Part shown: positions 61,435-64,000 of the stretch, piece by piece
Layout: each line of letters opens with the position of its first letter
Numbering within the stretch: the first letter of the stretch is position 1
Source of the DNA: Tubiluchus corallicola
Taxonomy: Eukaryota > Animalia > Priapulida
DNA length: 64,000 nt
NCBI GenBank assembly: GCA_030141605.1
Contig: JAQGDQ010000001.1
Location: 3,038,001-3,102,000 of the forward strand
Direction: 5' to 3'
Notes under the pieces: generated by a model
What the model saw: only the letters and a program-made list of their open reading frames with translations
What the model was told of the DNA's origin: nothing
The model's database searches: none
Position numbers and translations under genes: made by a program

Positions 61435-62063
61435 AATTGATACGAAATGTGTATTTTCGTATTTTCGTTCGCAAGTTTGGGTGTAGGTTTTAGGTTTTTC
61501 ACCCTGATTTTTGAAAATGATGTTATCGTCACCATCTTGTGTTCAAAATGGCAGATTCAAAATTTCCAGACGCTTTAACATTTTCCTGTAAAATTTCATG
61601 ACAATTTGTTGCAGATTTACATAGCCCCAGTTTTTTCGAATCGATGTGAAATTCGTTCTAATATATTTCTGTGAAGTTTGATGACGTTCAATTGCGAGTC
61701 GGCAGAGCCTTTGCTTTTTTAAATAATATTGTCGCCACCATTGTGACGAATGGTAGATTAAAAATGCTACTCCATTAGTTGATGCAGAATTTGTTTTAGT
61801 ATATTGATGCGAAATTTTATGACAATCGATTGCAAATTCACGGAACCTTAGGCTTTTTTCAAAAGTCATTCCCTCAATGACAACAAGAACAACATCTAGA
61901 TGAGTAGCAATTTTAGTCGAGCTCCTTGACCTAAAACATAAGAAGAGCGATTTTTCACATAAAGCCCGGAAAGCTTGCATGAATTTTTATACCGTAAAAA
62001 GTAACGTGAATCTAAATATATATAATTTTTTTTATCTGACAAAAAATAATTACAGCTATTCAA

Positions 62064-62140
62064 TGTGTGTGTGTGTGTGCGTGTGCGCACGTGTGTGCAC
62101 GTGTGCGTGTGCACACGCGTGCATGCGCATGTGTGCGTGC
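62064..62140. repeat. (TG/CG/CA)n microsatellite
   Basis: Visible directly. Confidence 0.85.
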
Positions 62141-62877
62141 GTTTTGTGATTTCTTGATGTTTTATTGATGCTTACATTCTCAAATAGCAAATTCATGTTT
62201 TGGTATAATTAGTATTTTGTTTAAAGAAACGTTTCGTCAGTTAGTATTTGTCATCGTAAAAATTGAACACAAGTCGTTGTTCACTTTTCAACTTCCACTT
62301 TAAATAACAACGGTAGCGGTAGCGGCGATGATTTCCGTTTCTGTTCGCTGCAGCTTTAAAGCTTTTTGATATCGGTGTGACAGTGACCCGTTTGGTGTTC
62401 TAGTGGTGCCCGTTACTGTTCATCAAACTGGCTTGAGTGCTGTATAATACATTCCCTCCCTTGTGATACTTGCGATATTCTTGCCCAGTCAAGCGGACTG
62501 TTTTGCAATTTCCGTTCCTGCTGCTGTCCAAAGATTAGGAAAGTTGATTTTTGAAAAAGTGAAGCCGTCATTTCCCTGGGATGTCTAAACAAAGTCCTCT
62601 GTTTTGCATATCATCACATCACAAACAGCAACTCATCGAAATTCTCTAGCAATTTTTATTCTTTTCTGATGATATCTGCCTTGCCGCTGGGGTTATTGAT
62701 TACGCGTTTGTGGCGGCCAATCTTCAACAAATGATCGTGTTTTATCGTCCATTTACCGAAGTTTTGTCAAAATGACAGGTTTTGATAAATCATGGCAGAA
62801 GAAAAGAATGCCAAGGCTTTGGCACGTTGAATAACGTTCAATTCATCGGGAGCGTTAATTCAACGCCTTCACAGACA

Positions 62878-62930
62878 GAATTAACGCTTCAGCCTTCGCG
62901 GACAAAATTAACGCTTCAGCCTTCGCGGAC
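62878..62930. repeat. Short tandem repeat (27-bp unit)
   Basis: AATTAACGCTTCAGCCTTCGCGGAC twice, with a degenerate upstream copy. Confidence 0.8.
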
Positions 62931-64000
62931 GAGTTTTTTAAATTTCTTTTTAAGCACACCGGCTCTCCTATTGTATCTTGAGACGCGATTATTAACTCTG
63001 AATCCGTTTGCTTCAGCAAATTTTGCTTTTTACATATTTTTTTCTAGTACCAGACAGATGCTCAACGTCATTTACTATCTTAAATTTAAGATGGCGGCAT
63101 TGGCGTAATTTCTAGTTCTCGATCTCGAGTTCAACCAGTTTCTTGGCCAGTAGTTCGAGTCAAACATTTTTTTGCACCCGAGTCTCAGCTCCCTTATCTT
63201 AATATGATACACACTTAATTGCTCTTGGAGAAGCATAAAACAAATTACAAAAACAATGATGACAGGTAATATTTTGCAGAAGAAAGTTCCTAATTTCTCA
63301 GTGTATTTGCAAATTCATACCTTGTTGTTTATTGTTTAAAGTTTCTCATGCATAAAAAGCAGCCGTTACCTTAGTTAAACAATTTGTAAATTCAAGTGCG
63401 CATTTTTGTAATTTGAAAGAAATCCTATTCCAGACTCGTTCGCTAAGTGACTGTAATGATTGACTGAGCGCATTCGTTTGATCGTTTGACTGCCGGATCG
63501 AAATTTTTATTTAGAATGAGTGCTTTCGAATAATGCGAATAAAAAACGTATGTAAGACGATGCTTCCTGTCAATTTAGTCCAGTCTTCCTTCTGTCTGTG
63601 TACCATCGAAATTGCACGGACTCTGTTGTAACCTAGTACATTGCAAAAATGATTCTAAAATGTTTATTTCTCAAAATACGCTAATGTTTTTGTTAGCAAA
63701 ATAAAATAAAACTTAGTCAAACAAAACTTAAGTACAACTATGATCAGATTCATTAGAAGCGATGTTTTAATATATTGAATCTTATCTGGCACGAATACAA
63801 GCGACTACATCTTTAGTCCATCAAGGTACTGTAAAGCTTCTAACATTTCTTCTAACTCGCGAACGCAAGCAGCAGTAAAAATATCAACTGAGAACATTAA
63901 TTTGACAATAAAGGCGACAAATTGCTTGTATTGCGTGCTTGGACTTCATGAGCGCCTCGTATTTATATTCGCTTTGATTTCTTCGCTGTCGTTTTCGGCA

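Overview
AT-rich metazoan (probably invertebrate) genomic DNA with spliceosomal GT-AG introns, not prokaryotic sequence. Most ORF-track entries are exon fragments, TE relics or microsatellite artefacts. I rebuilt three genes by hand with phase-consistent exons. (1) MGMT, O6-alkylguanine-DNA alkyltransferase: + strand, 4 coding exons, 5388-8980, 198 aa. (2) TSEN54, tRNA-splicing endonuclease subunit: - strand, 7 firm coding exons 16125-21658 plus a candidate first exon at 25998-26041, about 750 aa, with a 1485-nt central exon. (3) The 5' part of a CLK/Doa LAMMER kinase: + strand, coding from 30474 and running off the window end, head-to-head with TSEN54. It carries a weak-splice-site 91-nt exon that matches the autoregulatory cassette exon of vertebrate CLKs. 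Between MGMT and TSEN54 lies a nested TE stack: a Tigger/pogo element containing a solo LTR and a Sola3-like long-TIR element. Many LINE/SINE/MITE relics, local inverted and tandem duplications, and an apparent CpG-poor to CpG-rich transition near 35.4 kb complete the window. I found no clearly new multi-gene system; the best leads are regulatory (CLK splicing and alternative promoters) and TE-related. All family assignments rest on motif recognition by eye and recalled reference sequences, with no database searches.
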